From an uncultured Holophagales bacterium (lineage in GTDB: Bacteria; Acidobacteriota; Thermoanaerobaculia; Multivoradales; UBA5704): a DNA stretch of 64,000 bases. Positions 8,751-18,475 of this stretch are shown piece after piece; the first letter of the stretch is position 1; the number at the start of each line of letters is the position of its first letter. The stretch covers positions 256,001 to 320,000 of the forward strand of contig CAWJGT010000025.1 of NCBI GenBank assembly GCA_963842525.1, read 5' to 3'. The notes beneath the pieces were generated by a model that ran no database searches, was not told where the DNA came from, and saw only the letters and a program-made list of their open reading frames with translations. Made by a program: the position numbers and the translations under genes.

Positions 8751-9290
8751 ATGAGCCCGAAGCGAGACACCGAGGATCCTGTTCGGCAGGAGGTCGACCG
8801 CCTGATGGAGATGCTCCTCATCTTCGTCCGCACCCTGGGGTATGGCAACACGGAGATCGCGCGGCGGTCCAAGGTCCCGCACGCCAACGTTGGGAGGTAC
8901 TTCCGCGGGGAGTCCCGGGTGCCGCTCGACGTCGTGATCGCGGTCGTCCACGGGATCGGGCTGGACTTCGGAGAGTTCTTCGAGCTGGCCTATGCCGAGC
9001 AGCCGGCGGAGCCCACCGCGGCCCGGAAGAAGATCGAGCGCATCCTGCAGATCCTTCCCCTCCGGCATGCCGCTCCGGTGGAGCCGCCCGTCACCGCTGC
9101 GCAGCCGGAGCAGCGTCCGTCGCTGCCGCGCCCGGAGATCGAGAAGGTACTCGAAGACCTCCGGAAGGAGGTGAACGCCCTGCTCGACGCCCGCCAGGCC
9201 GGCAAGGCCGTCGCCACACCGCCCAAGCCGAAGGCCGGCCCCAAGCCCTCGAAGCCGAAATCCGGGAAGAAGCGCAACGACGAGAGCTGA
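8751..9290 (+). CDS. XRE-family HTH transcriptional regulator
   Basis: GYGNTEIARRSKVPHANVGRYFRGESRVPLDVVIAVVHGIG HTH; GGAGGAGG RBS. Confidence 0.8.
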   Translation: MSPKRDTEDPVRQEVDRLMEMLLIFVRTLGYGNTEIARRSKVPHANVGRYFRGESRVPLDVVIAVVHGIGLDFGEFFELAYAEQPAEPTAARKKIERILQILPLRHAAPVEPPVTAAQPEQRPSLPRPEIEKVLEDLRKEVNALLDARQAGKAVATPPKPKAGPKPSKPKSGKKRNDES

Positions 9291-9356
9291 GCGGGGAGAG
9301 AGCGGGTCAGGTCCGTGGCTCGTCGTCCGAGTTTTGCCGGCCGTTGCAATCCCGGC

Positions 9357-10006
9357 TTACCGGAAGTGCCGCGGGCCGATCTGACGCTCTTTGCGCCGGA
9401 TGTGCGCGACCGTAGCCTCGATCATGTCCGGTGTCACAGCGCGGCGCCGGAAGAGCTCTTCGAGGAGTATCACTGAGGTCATGAATTCGCGATAGATTTC
9501 GATGGTCGCGAAGATCTCCCCCGCCGCCACAACCTCCTGCTCCGCGACATCGAGCTTGTCCTGGCTCAGGAGGACCATGGCGAGTTCCAGACGAGTAAGA
9601 GCCAGTGAGAACGGAAGGTCGGCCTCGGTGAAGCCCTTCTTCGCGTCGTTTAACGGACCATCTCCCTCTTGTCCTGGAAGCGAACGGCCCAGCTCCGCAT
9701 GAGGAGGGCTTCGTAGACGCCGAGCCCAGCCAGCGGAAGATTGCCGTCCCGCATCAGAGCCCGGACATCCCCTCCCGAGGCAAGAAGGGTCTGCGCCTTC
9801 CGGTACCGGGCGCGTTCGCTGATGGAAAGCTGCTGCAGGGAGCGAACGTGGAGGGGCGTGTCGAGCGCCACCTCATCACGAAGGTCCAGGTCGGAGGGCG
9901 CTGGCGGGCCTCCGCCCGTGGGCTGACCGCCCCACTGCTCGAACGAGTCGAGCGAAAGATCATCCTCTGCCCCTTCGCCGTGTGCGACGTGGTCTCGTTC
10001 GCTCAA
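9357..10006 (-). pseudogene. Internally deleted helical-repeat (TPR-like) protein
   Basis: N-terminal part (…YEALLMRSWAVRFQDKREMVR*) abuts, out of frame at about 9650, a C-terminal helical part (NDAKKGFTEADLPFSLALTRLELAMVLLSQ…AEQEVVAAGEIF). Confidence 0.55.
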
Positions 10007-10116
10007 ATGGCGCCTCCTTGATGGGCGTGCATTTTCTCATATGGTGGGGAGGTTTTGAAGTCCCGCTCGAAAGGCGAGGCGGCTGAGCTCGCCGCCCCTC
10101 GTACCGGCTGAGGAGC

Positions 10117-10401
10117 TTAACCGCCGTTTGGGTCGATGCCGGGCCCTTCATCGCCTGGTGTCGTGCCACCGTTCGGGGCAACGCCTCCTTGAGCTCCTGG
10201 GGTGGCTTCCCCTCCTGCCGTGGGAGCCTCGCTCCAGGACCACAGAGCGGAGATCCCCTTCTCCCAGAGGCTGTCGAACCAGTCCCAGACGTGGACGGGA
10301 TTGGCGAGCTTGGCGGCTTGCGCCTGGGCGGGGCCGGCGAACGCCAGGCACGAGGCGAGGATTCCCACGAGCACGAGGCGAGAGAGATTGCGACGAGTCA
10401 T
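10117..10401 (-). CDS. Small secreted peptide precursor (94 aa) ending DEGPGIDPNGG
   Basis: GGAGGAGGA RBS; signal peptide ending AQA; Trp-rich helix; Gly/Pro linker. Confidence 0.75.
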   Translation of the reverse strand: MTRRNLSRLVLVGILASCLAFAGPAQAQAAKLANPVHVWDWFDSLWEKGISALWSWSEAPTAGGEATPGAQGGVAPNGGTTPGDEGPGIDPNGG

Positions 10402-10818
10402 ACCTGTCCTCCTCCGCCGCGGAACGAGCCGGGCCCGCATGGTCCGGCGCCCGCGGACGCGGCGTCTGTTGTCTGCCGTCGTGCCGCAGTCTGACAGCGT
10501 GCAGGGCGTCCATGCGGCGGCGGACTCTCCATGCCACTTAGGTGCTCTCCGGCCGGCAGGAGGGGACGGCGTTACGCGTAAGCGTTAAACCGACGCGAAG
10601 ATCGTGGCCTCTATGCGGTGCCTTGTAACCGTTGCACACAATCTTCAGAAAATACGTTCAACCCTGTTGACAACCCGCCCGTTTCTGCTAGAGTGACCTC
10701 TCTGAACGGTTTTGATCCGACAGAGCCATGAAGGCAATGAGCAGCGGAATTGAAAATTCGGGTGAATGACCCTTCCGGAGCCACTGACGGCCCGGATTTT
10801 TCCGAAAGGAGAAGCAGT

Positions 10819-11139
10819 ATGGATACGAAGCAGGTTTTCACGCAGCAGGGCGGTGTCGAGACGGGGCTGAAGGCGGAGCGGGTGCAGGAGCCGCTCGCGG
10901 CCACGCAGGCGTTCACACCTGGACTGGAGCTCCATCTCAAGGCGGAGCGGGTGCAGGAGCCGGCGTCGTTCGGGGCGGAGGCCAACGTGAGCTACAGCTA
11001 CGAGGTCACCGTCAATCAGCTCCAGCCGGTGACGATCGAGCTGCCTCTGTTCGTCGTCACTCTCCATGGACTTCCCGCCTGGGGTATCCCCGGCGGGCCG
11101 ACCGAGGCCGTGCCCGCTGCCGCGGGCCGGCGGGGATGA
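10819..11139 (+). CDS. Small hypothetical protein with duplicated LKAERVQEP motif
   Basis: AAAGGAG RBS; motif repeated at about 10867 and 10936. Confidence 0.65.
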   Translation: MDTKQVFTQQGGVETGLKAERVQEPLAATQAFTPGLELHLKAERVQEPASFGAEANVSYSYEVTVNQLQPVTIELPLFVVTLHGLPAWGIPGGPTEAVPAAAGRRG

Positions 11140-11152
11140 AAGGAGGAAGGTT

Positions 11153-11530
11153 ATGCCCAGCATCAATTCGTTCGCCGACGTCCTGCGCGACTGGGAGGCG
11201 CTGCTTGCCGCGCTGCAGGATCATCCGGGGGTCCTGGTCACCCTCGAAGCCGAGCGGCTGGATCTGGAAGCGGATCTGGCGGCGGCGCGGGTCCTCAAGG
11301 CGCGCCAGGAGACGCAGACGGCCAGCCGGCAGGAGGTGACGCAGCAGATCAAGGCGGTGGTGAGCCACGGCAAGGGAGTGGCGATCGGGATTCGGGCCGT
11401 GGTGAAGGGCAAGATCGGGTATCGCAACGAACGGCTGGTCCAGTTCAAAGTGGCCCCGTCCCGCAAGCGGCCGCGCAAGCCGCCGGAGGTCGAGCCCACC
11501 GAGGAGGCCGCCGGTCCGGATGAGTCCTGA
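11153..11530 (+). CDS. Hypothetical helical protein (paralog 1)
   Basis: AAAGGAGG RBS; shares DWxxLL and G(K/R)(I/L)GYRNExLVxFxVAP with 11598-11969. Confidence 0.8.
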   Translation: MPSINSFADVLRDWEALLAALQDHPGVLVTLEAERLDLEADLAAARVLKARQETQTASRQEVTQQIKAVVSHGKGVAIGIRAVVKGKIGYRNERLVQFKVAPSRKRPRKPPEVEPTEEAAGPDES

Positions 11531-11537
11531 ACAACCC

Positions 11538-11566
11538 GGGGGCGTGCTCCGGCACGCCCCCTTTTT
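11538..11566 (+). terminator. Rho-independent terminator
   Basis: GGGGGCGTGC-TCCG-GCACGCCCCC-TTTTT. Confidence 0.85.
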
Positions 11567-11597
11567 CTGAATGCATCCTCAACAGAAAGGAACGAAT

Positions 11598-11969
11598 ATG
11601 CCAAAGAAAGCCTTGCAGGACTTCGTCGCAGACTGGGATGGCCTGCTCAGCGAGCTCCGAGCGACGACGTACGACATTCCGGACATCGAGCCCTTCCGCA
11701 TCGCCCTGGAAAAGGCTGTCCGGAAGACACGGGTCGCCAAGACCCGGCAGATGGCGTGCCAGATCGCCAGCCGGCTGGCGACGCGCTGGTTGGCCGAGGC
11801 GGTGGAAGAGGGCCGCGATGCGGCCATCGGGATGCGCTCCTATCTGAGGGGCCGCCTCGGCTACCGCAACGAGGATCTGGTCCGCTTCGGGGTGGCCCCG
11901 GTCCGCAAGCGCAAGCCGCGCGCCACACGCAAACCCACGCCGCCGAGCGTGGACCCCGCGGTCCACTGA
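11598..11969 (+). CDS. Hypothetical helical protein (paralog 2)
   Basis: AGAAAGGA RBS; GRLGYRNEDLVRFGVAPVRKR. Confidence 0.8.
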   Translation: MPKKALQDFVADWDGLLSELRATTYDIPDIEPFRIALEKAVRKTRVAKTRQMACQIASRLATRWLAEAVEEGRDAAIGMRSYLRGRLGYRNEDLVRFGVAPVRKRKPRATRKPTPPSVDPAVH

Positions 11970-11986
11970 TCTCCCCTCACCACCCC

Positions 11987-12014
11987 GGGGGCGTGCTCCG
12001 GCACGCTCTCCTTT
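11987..12014 (+). terminator. Terminator (copy of 11538-11566)
   Basis: GGGGGCGTGC-TCCG-GCACGCTCTCC-TTT. Confidence 0.7.
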
Positions 12015-12049
12015 GCCCCAGAACCTGGCAAGGATCAGGGTCAACGGAG

Positions 12050-13132
12050 TCACTCGATCGTCTGTGTGTTGACCTCAAGGCCGCTCGCTTCTCTCTTGAC
12101 CGGCTTCTCCCAGCGGACGCAGACCTCGATTCCCAGATGCGGAGCTGGCCACCGCAGCCAGTAGAAGAGGAAGCGCTGGGGCAGCTTCAGCGAAGAGGCT
12201 ATTTCGGCCCTGGCTGCCTCCGAGACCTGCTTGCCGGCGGCCGCATCACGCTCGAGAATGGCAGTGGCTCGTTGCTTGAGCCGGCGGACGCGGTTCAGCA
12301 TCTCGTCTGCTCCTTCGTCAGAGGCTCGGCCGAACCGTTCCTGGATGGAGATTTCGGGCAAGAGGGCGACTTCCTTACCCTCGAAACGGGCGGACTCCCG
12401 ATTGCGGAACTCCAAGGCAAGGTTGGCGATCTCGTCCTCCGGGATGTCTGTGAAGGCGAACAGATCCAGGTCGACAACGACGCAGACCTCAAGCTCGGAG
12501 GTCGGGATATCGATGGGGATGTCGAAGCGATCGAAGACAGGGGTCTTCGGCTCCTTCCACTGGACGTAATCGTGGAGCCCCAAGGTGATCTCGCGGGTCA
12601 GGAACCGGCCGCTGAGCGCATGAACGGCCAGGTCGGCGTTCTTGTAGGTCGTACCCACCGTGTCGACGTAGGAGCCGAGCGGCGGCGGCTCGAAGTCCTG
12701 AAGATGATCGGCGGACTTCTTGCCGTTCCAGACAGCGAAATAATTGAGCAACCACTGCTCCTTGAACCACTCGTACTCGCCCGTCTCGGGGCGGGGCTCG
12801 CTCTCCCGGTACGTCCGATGATAGGATTCGCGCTTCTCGGGCTTCATCTCGACGAAGCAGGGGAGCTTCTCACGAGGGGAGTTCAGGCGGAGGATCTCGA
12901 CTTGGCGGGAGAAGATGTTTCCTTCCCGGGTGACATAGACGGTATGGCGCGCAGACCGGCAGACATAGGGGGAATGCCTCCACTTGGCGGCAGTGGCGGC
13001 GACCATCTCCCGGATTACCGCCGAGTGCCGGCCCCGGGCATCCTTGGAACCCTGCTCCTGGGCGAGCTCTCCTACAAGGTCCCATAGGGATGAAGACATG
13101 CGGATCTGGCAGGTACGCTCGTTACGAGGCAT
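12050..13132 (-). CDS. Hypothetical protein with possible N-terminal ribbon-helix-helix domain
   Basis: AAGGAG RBS; RTCQIRMSSSLWDLVGELAQEQG...SAVIREMV beta-alpha-alpha pattern, then about 300 aa of unknown domain. Confidence 0.7.
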   Translation of the reverse strand: MPRNERTCQIRMSSSLWDLVGELAQEQGSKDARGRHSAVIREMVAATAAKWRHSPYVCRSARHTVYVTREGNIFSRQVEILRLNSPREKLPCFVEMKPEKRESYHRTYRESEPRPETGEYEWFKEQWLLNYFAVWNGKKSADHLQDFEPPPLGSYVDTVGTTYKNADLAVHALSGRFLTREITLGLHDYVQWKEPKTPVFDRFDIPIDIPTSELEVCVVVDLDLFAFTDIPEDEIANLALEFRNRESARFEGKEVALLPEISIQERFGRASDEGADEMLNRVRRLKQRATAILERDAAAGKQVSEAARAEIASSLKLPQRFLFYWLRWPAPHLGIEVCVRWEKPVKREASGLEVNTQTIE

Positions 13133-13219
13133 GCTCTCTCCTTGAAGCGGGAGGAATTGTACCCCAGATTTGTCAAGACGTTCCTGGGCGACAGTTTTCG
13201 GGCATAATTCCGAAGTCAT

Positions 13220-13267
13220 CCTGGCGCTTGACAGTGATTCAGAACCTGGCGCTTGACAGTGATTCAG
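13220..13267. repeat. 23-nt direct repeat (25-nt period) containing TTGACA
   Basis: CCTGGCGCTTGACAGTGATTCAG at 13220 and 13245, between divergent genes. Confidence 0.85.
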
Positions 13268-13473
13268 GATATGATCTGCTAGAAGAGTGATGGCCTTCTC
13301 GATGAGGGGAGGGTCTGTGTGGGTTGACGGCTGGCGAGGGCCTTTGATATGGTCTGAAATCGCCTGTCGAAGTGTTGTCTAACCGAACGTAATGGCGCCG
13401 GGCCATCGGCGTCTTTCTGCCAAATGCCGTCGCCGACGCGACTGGGCGGCTGGACGTAGAAGGGGCTGAGAGA

Positions 13474-14031
13474 ATGAACAACAGGTACCTGAAGCTAGCT
13501 GCGATTCTGCTGTTGCTGGTGGCCGTCGACGTTCGTGCGCAGTTCGCGGTGCCAAAGTCGAACGAAGTGGTGGAAGGCGAGCTTGTGCTCCCGGACGGTG
13601 GTGGCACTGCCCACTTCTTTGCCCGCGAGGGGGCCATGGTTACCGTCCGGAGCGAAGAAGAGCAGGGTTACTGGTACGGCATTGTGCCCGTCATCGACAA
13701 AGGCCAGGTGGCTTTCTCCGTTTTCGAGCTGACCTCCCGCGGTGATGATCCCCCTGCCATTCGGGAAATCGCTTCCGGGATGAAGGGGCGCCTCAATGAG
13801 GCGGTGGAGGTTGATGTCCTCCAAGGCACTTTTCAAGTGAAGGCTTTGGATATCCAAACTTGGCGCTTTACTAAAGTTCGTCTGGTGGATCCCAGGGGAG
13901 CGAGCCCGGCCGCCCTTCAAAAGCTCTACGGAGCCTCCGGAGGAGGTCTGTGCTCTGTGTCTTGCGGCACTGTCACGATTACTGCGACCTCTGTGAAGGC
14001 GTCGTGCGGGACCTGTCAAGGCGATCGGTAG
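13474..14031 (+). CDS. Secreted protein with Cys-rich C-terminal tail (paralog 1)
   Basis: Signal peptide ending VRA; tail LQKLYGASGGGLCSVSCGTVTITATSVKASCGTC. Confidence 0.8.
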   Translation: MNNRYLKLAAILLLLVAVDVRAQFAVPKSNEVVEGELVLPDGGGTAHFFAREGAMVTVRSEEEQGYWYGIVPVIDKGQVAFSVFELTSRGDDPPAIREIASGMKGRLNEAVEVDVLQGTFQVKALDIQTWRFTKVRLVDPRGASPAALQKLYGASGGGLCSVSCGTVTITATSVKASCGTCQGDR

Positions 14032-14270
14032 CCGGCCTCCAGAAGCACATCCCCTACACAAGAAGAACAAGAAGACCAGCCGTCTCCATCGGAGCGGTTC
14101 AGGAATGCTTTCCCTAAACAGTCTTGCCCAAGAGCGTGTCTACATCTCTGGCCCACGAAGATCATTTAGGGGCTTGCGTTGACCGCAGGCCTTCATCTAC
14201 ACTAGGGTCTTCGTATTCGCAGCCCCTGACGAAGCTCTGGGAGATCACCGTTCTAGAGGTTTGCCTCCGG

Positions 14271-15928
14271 GTATCTGTTTACCGCCCTAGTGCCGCCTTC
14301 CCCGAGCGGTGGCACGTCCGCAAGGGCTTGAAGTTCTCTTCTCGGCATGGTCTAATGTCTTTCAGGCATGCCGACTTACGAGGAACTCCTTCAAGAGAAC
14401 TCTGAGCTTCGCCAAGACAACGGTGAGCTTCGCCAGCGGGTGGAGGAGCAGGAGCGCCAGATTGCGCACCTGAAGCGCCGAATCGTCGATCTGGAGAAAC
14501 TTGTCGAGGAGCTACGGCGCCGGGGCAAACGCCAGGCTGCCCCCTTCTCGAAGGGAGATCCGAGCGAGGATCCCAAGTCTCCAGGGCGCAAAGCCGGGGA
14601 TCAATATGGTCAGCAAGCGACTCGAGCTGTGCCCGATCACGTCGACGAAACCATCGTGGTGGAGTGCCCGCTGTATTGTGAGCACTGTGGGGGTCAGGTC
14701 ATTCCGCAGGGCGAAGCTCGCCAGTATCAGACCGATCTGCCGCCGATTCGGCCGGTGACGACGGAGTTCATCCTCCATTATGGGAAGTGCTCGGCATGTG
14801 GCCGGGAAGCTGTGGGGCGTCACCCGCGCCAGACTTCCCAGGCGTTCCGGGTCGGCAACGTGCAACTCGGTCCAAACGTGTTGGGGCTCGCCGCCTGGCT
14901 CAACAAGGTCGGAGGCTTGAGCTACGGCAAGATCGCCGCGTTGCTGAAGGAGCTGGCTGGACTGTCTGTGTCGCGCTCGGCCCTGTGCCGCGCGCTGCTT
15001 CGCATGAGTAAGAAGCTGGAGCCCTTGTACGAGGAGCTGAAGGCGAAGATCCGGAGCTCTCCTGTGGTGTACCCGGACGAGACGGGCTGGCGGGAGGGGG
15101 GCTATAGCGTGTGGTTGTGGGTGTTCACCAATCGCAGCGAGACGGTCTACAGCATCCAGCCGGGTCGTGGCTATGCCGAGGCCTCTGAGGTCCTGGGGGA
15201 GGGCTTTGTCGGCGTGCTGGTGGCTGATGGTTGGGCTCCCTATCAGAAATTTGAAGAAGCGACTCATCAGACCTGTCTGGCGCATCTGTTGCGCCGTTGC
15301 GAGGAGCTGCTGGAGAAGGCGACAGGGGGTGCGGTGCGCTTTCCTCGGGCGGTGAAAGAGATCCTGCAGGCCGCCTTGGAGGCGCGAGATCAGCGGGACG
15401 CGGGCAAGCTCAGCGGCGAGGCGCTGGAGAAGGTCAAGCAGGACTTGGAGCTTCCAGATGGAAAGGCGTCTGTCGGGGCAGTTCACGAACCCCGACAACC
15501 AGCGTCTGGCTCAGCATTTGATACGTCACCAGGAGCAGCTGTTTGTCTTCCTGGAACGCACGGATGTGGAGGCGACCAATTGGCCGGCCGAACAAGGGAT
15601 TCGCCCGGCGGTCATCAACCGCAAGACATCTGGGGGAAATCGGACGGCCGAGGGGTCCCAGGCGCAAGCGGTCTTGATGAGTGCCCTGCGCACATTTCAG
15701 CAACACCAAGTCGGGACACTCGAGATCTTGCCCCAGCTTCTGCGCAGCCCCCAGTCACCCAAGCTTGAGGCAATACTTCCTGCGTCACAGCCACCGTAAC
15801 AGTTCTCGCCACGAGTTATCCGTGGCTCCAGGTCGGTAGCCGCTCGCCCTCGTCAGGTCGCCTGGCCAGCGCGGACGTGTGTCCAGGGAAAACCTTCCCC
15901 AAAAGTGCCGCTGACGGTAAACAGATAC
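14271..15928 (+). mobile_element. IS66-family (single-ORF, ISBst12-like) insertion sequence
   Basis: Perfect 14-bp terminal IRs GTATCTGTTTACCG (14271-14284 / 15915-15928); 8-bp TSD GCCTCCGG at 14263-14270 and 15929-15936. Confidence 0.93.
14368..15799 (+). CDS. IS66 transposase, frameshifted at about 15454
   Basis: Coiled coil, CxxC zinc finger, DETGW, ADGW, CLAHLLR; continues in another frame with ATNWPAEQGIRPAVINRKTSGG. Confidence 0.9.
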
Positions 15929-15991
15929 GCCTCCGGTTGGGAGACTACCGGGGAGCACACTTGTGTGCGCCAACGCTCTTGGGAGGAAAAC

Positions 15992-16570
15992 ATGTCGAGA
16001 CATGCGCTGTTGTGGGGAACGCTGGTTCTTTGGCTGTTGGTTCTGCCTCTCCCCTCTTTAGGACAAGCCTTCTCCGTTCCCATCTCTGACCGGGTTGTAG
16101 AGGGGGATCTCGCAATGCCGGACGGAAGCGCCGCGCATTTTACGGTTCGCGAAGGCTCGATGCTGACCGTCCGTAGCGAAGACGACGGGTATTGGTACGG
16201 GTTCATTCCCCAGGTGGTTCAAGGGGAGACGCTTCTCCTTACCCCCTTTGAGATTACTGAGATCAAGGGCCGCGCGCCCCATATCGCTCAAATTGGTAGT
16301 CCTATCGGTCAGGCTGACACCCTATCTCTAGAAGTTCCAACAAAAGACGGGACATTTCAGATTTCTCCCACATCAATTTCCCTCGGAAGCTTTCCGCGGC
16401 AAAAATTGGTAGAAATGAACAGCAAGTCGCCTCGCGAGCTTCAAAAGATATTTGGCGCTTCTGGAGGCGGCCTGTGCTGTGTAACCTGCGGCGGAATCAC
16501 TGTCTGTGGTGGGTCTGTTGTTATGTCGTGCGGTTCATGCGAAAGCGGCGGAGGCCGTCCGGCTGTGTAA
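15992..16570 (+). CDS. Secreted protein with Cys-rich C-terminal tail (paralog 2)
   Basis: GGAGG RBS; signal peptide; VVEGDLAMPDGSAAHFTVREG similar to paralog 1; tail CCVTCGGITVCGGSVVMSCGSC. Confidence 0.8.
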   Translation: MSRHALLWGTLVLWLLVLPLPSLGQAFSVPISDRVVEGDLAMPDGSAAHFTVREGSMLTVRSEDDGYWYGFIPQVVQGETLLLTPFEITEIKGRAPHIAQIGSPIGQADTLSLEVPTKDGTFQISPTSISLGSFPRQKLVEMNSKSPRELQKIFGASGGGLCCVTCGGITVCGGSVVMSCGSCESGGGRPAV

Positions 16571-16598
16571 ACCTGGCTGACGGCCAAGGATTTTCACG

Positions 16599-17909
16599 AT
16601 GAGAATCAAATGGTGGTGGCGTCTTTGTGCATTTGTTCTTGCAGTCATCATTCTCATCTCCTTGGCTGTCCAGATTTGGCGGTCGGAAAGGTATTTGAGC
16701 TTTGAGGGAACGAGGATTCTCGCAAGCGGTAAGCCCCTAGACATGTGGTTCTCCTCTCCCAGGCATCTCGTGGCCCTGGTTATCAAGAATTTCGTGGTGA
16801 CTGTGAAGCACTGGGATCTTCCCCGTAAAGAGACAGTAAGAGAATCTGTCTTTGACTTTAGCCGAGTAGGGGAAGGCAGAGAAATTAAACTGGACTATTC
16901 GCTGTTCCCGCGAACGACGGATCAGGGCCAGCGCTCCATTCCCTATGCGGTATCTCTCGATGGAGGTTTCATAGCTTGGGCGCGAGAAGGGAAAGTCTAC
17001 GCGAAAAATCTTGCTGATGATATCCAATCGTTCGAAGAAGTCGCGGTACTTGAACAGAACCCGACTGCTATCTATTTCGTGCGGGCGGACCTTTTGGCTA
17101 TCTTTCGCCGGGACGGTAAGGTGGAAGCATGGGATCGGAGAAAGAAAAAGAAAGGGCTGGCTGGGACTTGGCTTGATGGGCGATGGTCTATTTGGTCACA
17201 CGGTCCTGGCATCGCGTTGTCGTCCTTTGAAACAAGGGACATTGGCCGGATAGATTTTGATGAGACAGGGGATCATATTGACGCACGCTACCGCCAAGTT
17301 CCTTCCGAGAGGGGAACATTTCTTGCTATTAATGAAATAGGTTCCATGGCGGTCGGCACGGATCTGGGGCAGGTTCACTGGATTTCCACCCAAGAGACGG
17401 CATCGTCGCGAGAGGATGGGGGAGTATCGCCGGTTGATAGTGAGCCGGAAAAAACGCAGGTCGAGGATGCTGTTATCGCGTTGGCGTTCTACGATGACAG
17501 AAATCTCTTCGCCTTGCTTCGGAATGGCCGCTCATTTTTAATTTCGGATAGATTATTAAATGGTGAGGGAGTGCCGAATTCACCGCCAGCTAACCTGCTC
17601 AGCACAAGTAAAGAGTACTTGGCTCTTGCGGCGGGTGACCTAATCGAAGTGACTGAGTTGACCCTCAAGAGAAAATTGTCTTGGAGCAGGGTCAATATTA
17701 TATTGACAATCCTGCTGGTGCTCTGCGCCGCAGTGGTCGTTTGGCCCACTAAAAGACTTTTAACCATTCAGAAGGTTTTATTGATAGCTACGCTGGTTGC
17801 GGGGATTTTGTGGCTGTGCTTCGGTGATCCTAACGGTATTTACGAATCAATTGCGATTGTGTTGGGTGCAATTTTTTCGTTGACAGTTCTTGCGAGGGAA
17901 GTTTTCTAG
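16599..17909 (+). CDS. Membrane-anchored beta-propeller-like (WD40-like) hypothetical protein
   Basis: N-terminal TM, beta-rich repeats ([19 protein letters not shown]), three C-terminal hydrophobic helices; AT-richer DNA. Confidence 0.65.
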   Translation: MRIKWWWRLCAFVLAVIILISLAVQIWRSERYLSFEGTRILASGKPLDMWFSSPRHLVALVIKNFVVTVKHWDLPRKETVRESVFDFSRVGEGREIKLDYSLFPRTTDQGQRSIPYAVSLDGGFIAWAREGKVYAKNLADDIQSFEEVAVLEQNPTAIYFVRADLLAIFRRDGKVEAWDRRKKKKGLAGTWLDGRWSIWSHGPGIALSSFETRDIGRIDFDETGDHIDARYRQVPSERGTFLAINEIGSMAVGTDLGQVHWISTQETASSREDGGVSPVDSEPEKTQVEDAVIALAFYDDRNLFALLRNGRSFLISDRLLNGEGVPNSPPANLLSTSKEYLALAAGDLIEVTELTLKRKLSWSRVNIILTILLVLCAAVVVWPTKRLLTIQKVLLIATLVAGILWLCFGDPNGIYESIAIVLGAIFSLTVLAREVF

Positions 17910-18121
17910 AGAATACGGTCTATGAGAGGACGCCGGATCCGCGGATCCGGGAGGTCGAGCGGCTTCACTATGATAGGAAGCAACCGCAAGAGCCTTCACC
18001 CGCAGGAAGGCGACCGTGCCAGTCTCTTCACCTTTGGTGCCTCCAATCCGGAGCCCTTCTCCCCAAGGACCAAAAACTGGGGGCGTACGGTAAGCTTCCT
18101 CCTTCGAAAGGAGGAGGAAGC

Positions 18122-18475
18122 ATGAGCGAGAGCGAGCAGACCACGACCCCTTCGGGCCTCAAGTACACGGATCTCCAGACCGGGCAGGGCGAGGAAGCCA
18201 GGCCCGGCAAGACTGTCGACGTCCACTACACCGGCTGGCTCGAGAACGGCACCAAGTTCGATTCGAGCAAGGATCACGGGAAGCCCTTCTCCTTCCCTCT
18301 GGGAGCGGGCCACGTCATCAAGGGCTGGGACGAGGGGGTCGCCGGCATGAAGGTGGGCGGCAAGCGCAAGCTGACCATCCCCGCCAGCCTGGGCTACGGC
18401 GCGCAGGGCGCCGGCGGGGTGATCCCGCCAAACGCCACGCTGATCTTCGAGGTGGAGCTGCTGGGAGTGAAGTAG
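18122..18475 (+). CDS. FKBP-type peptidyl-prolyl cis-trans isomerase
   Basis: [41 protein letters not shown]. Confidence 0.97.
   Translation: MSESEQTTTPSGLKYTDLQTGQGEEARPGKTVDVHYTGWLENGTKFDSSKDHGKPFSFPLGAGHVIKGWDEGVAGMKVGGKRKLTIPASLGYGAQGAGGVIPPNATLIFEVELLGVK

Noticed and set aside
8235-12014. Prophage immunity region (divergent XRE and small gene)
   Set aside because: No integrase, replication or structural phage genes in the window
15440-15470. Programmed frameshift in the IS66 transposase
   Set aside because: No slippery heptamer, and the shift falls within the catalytic C-terminal region
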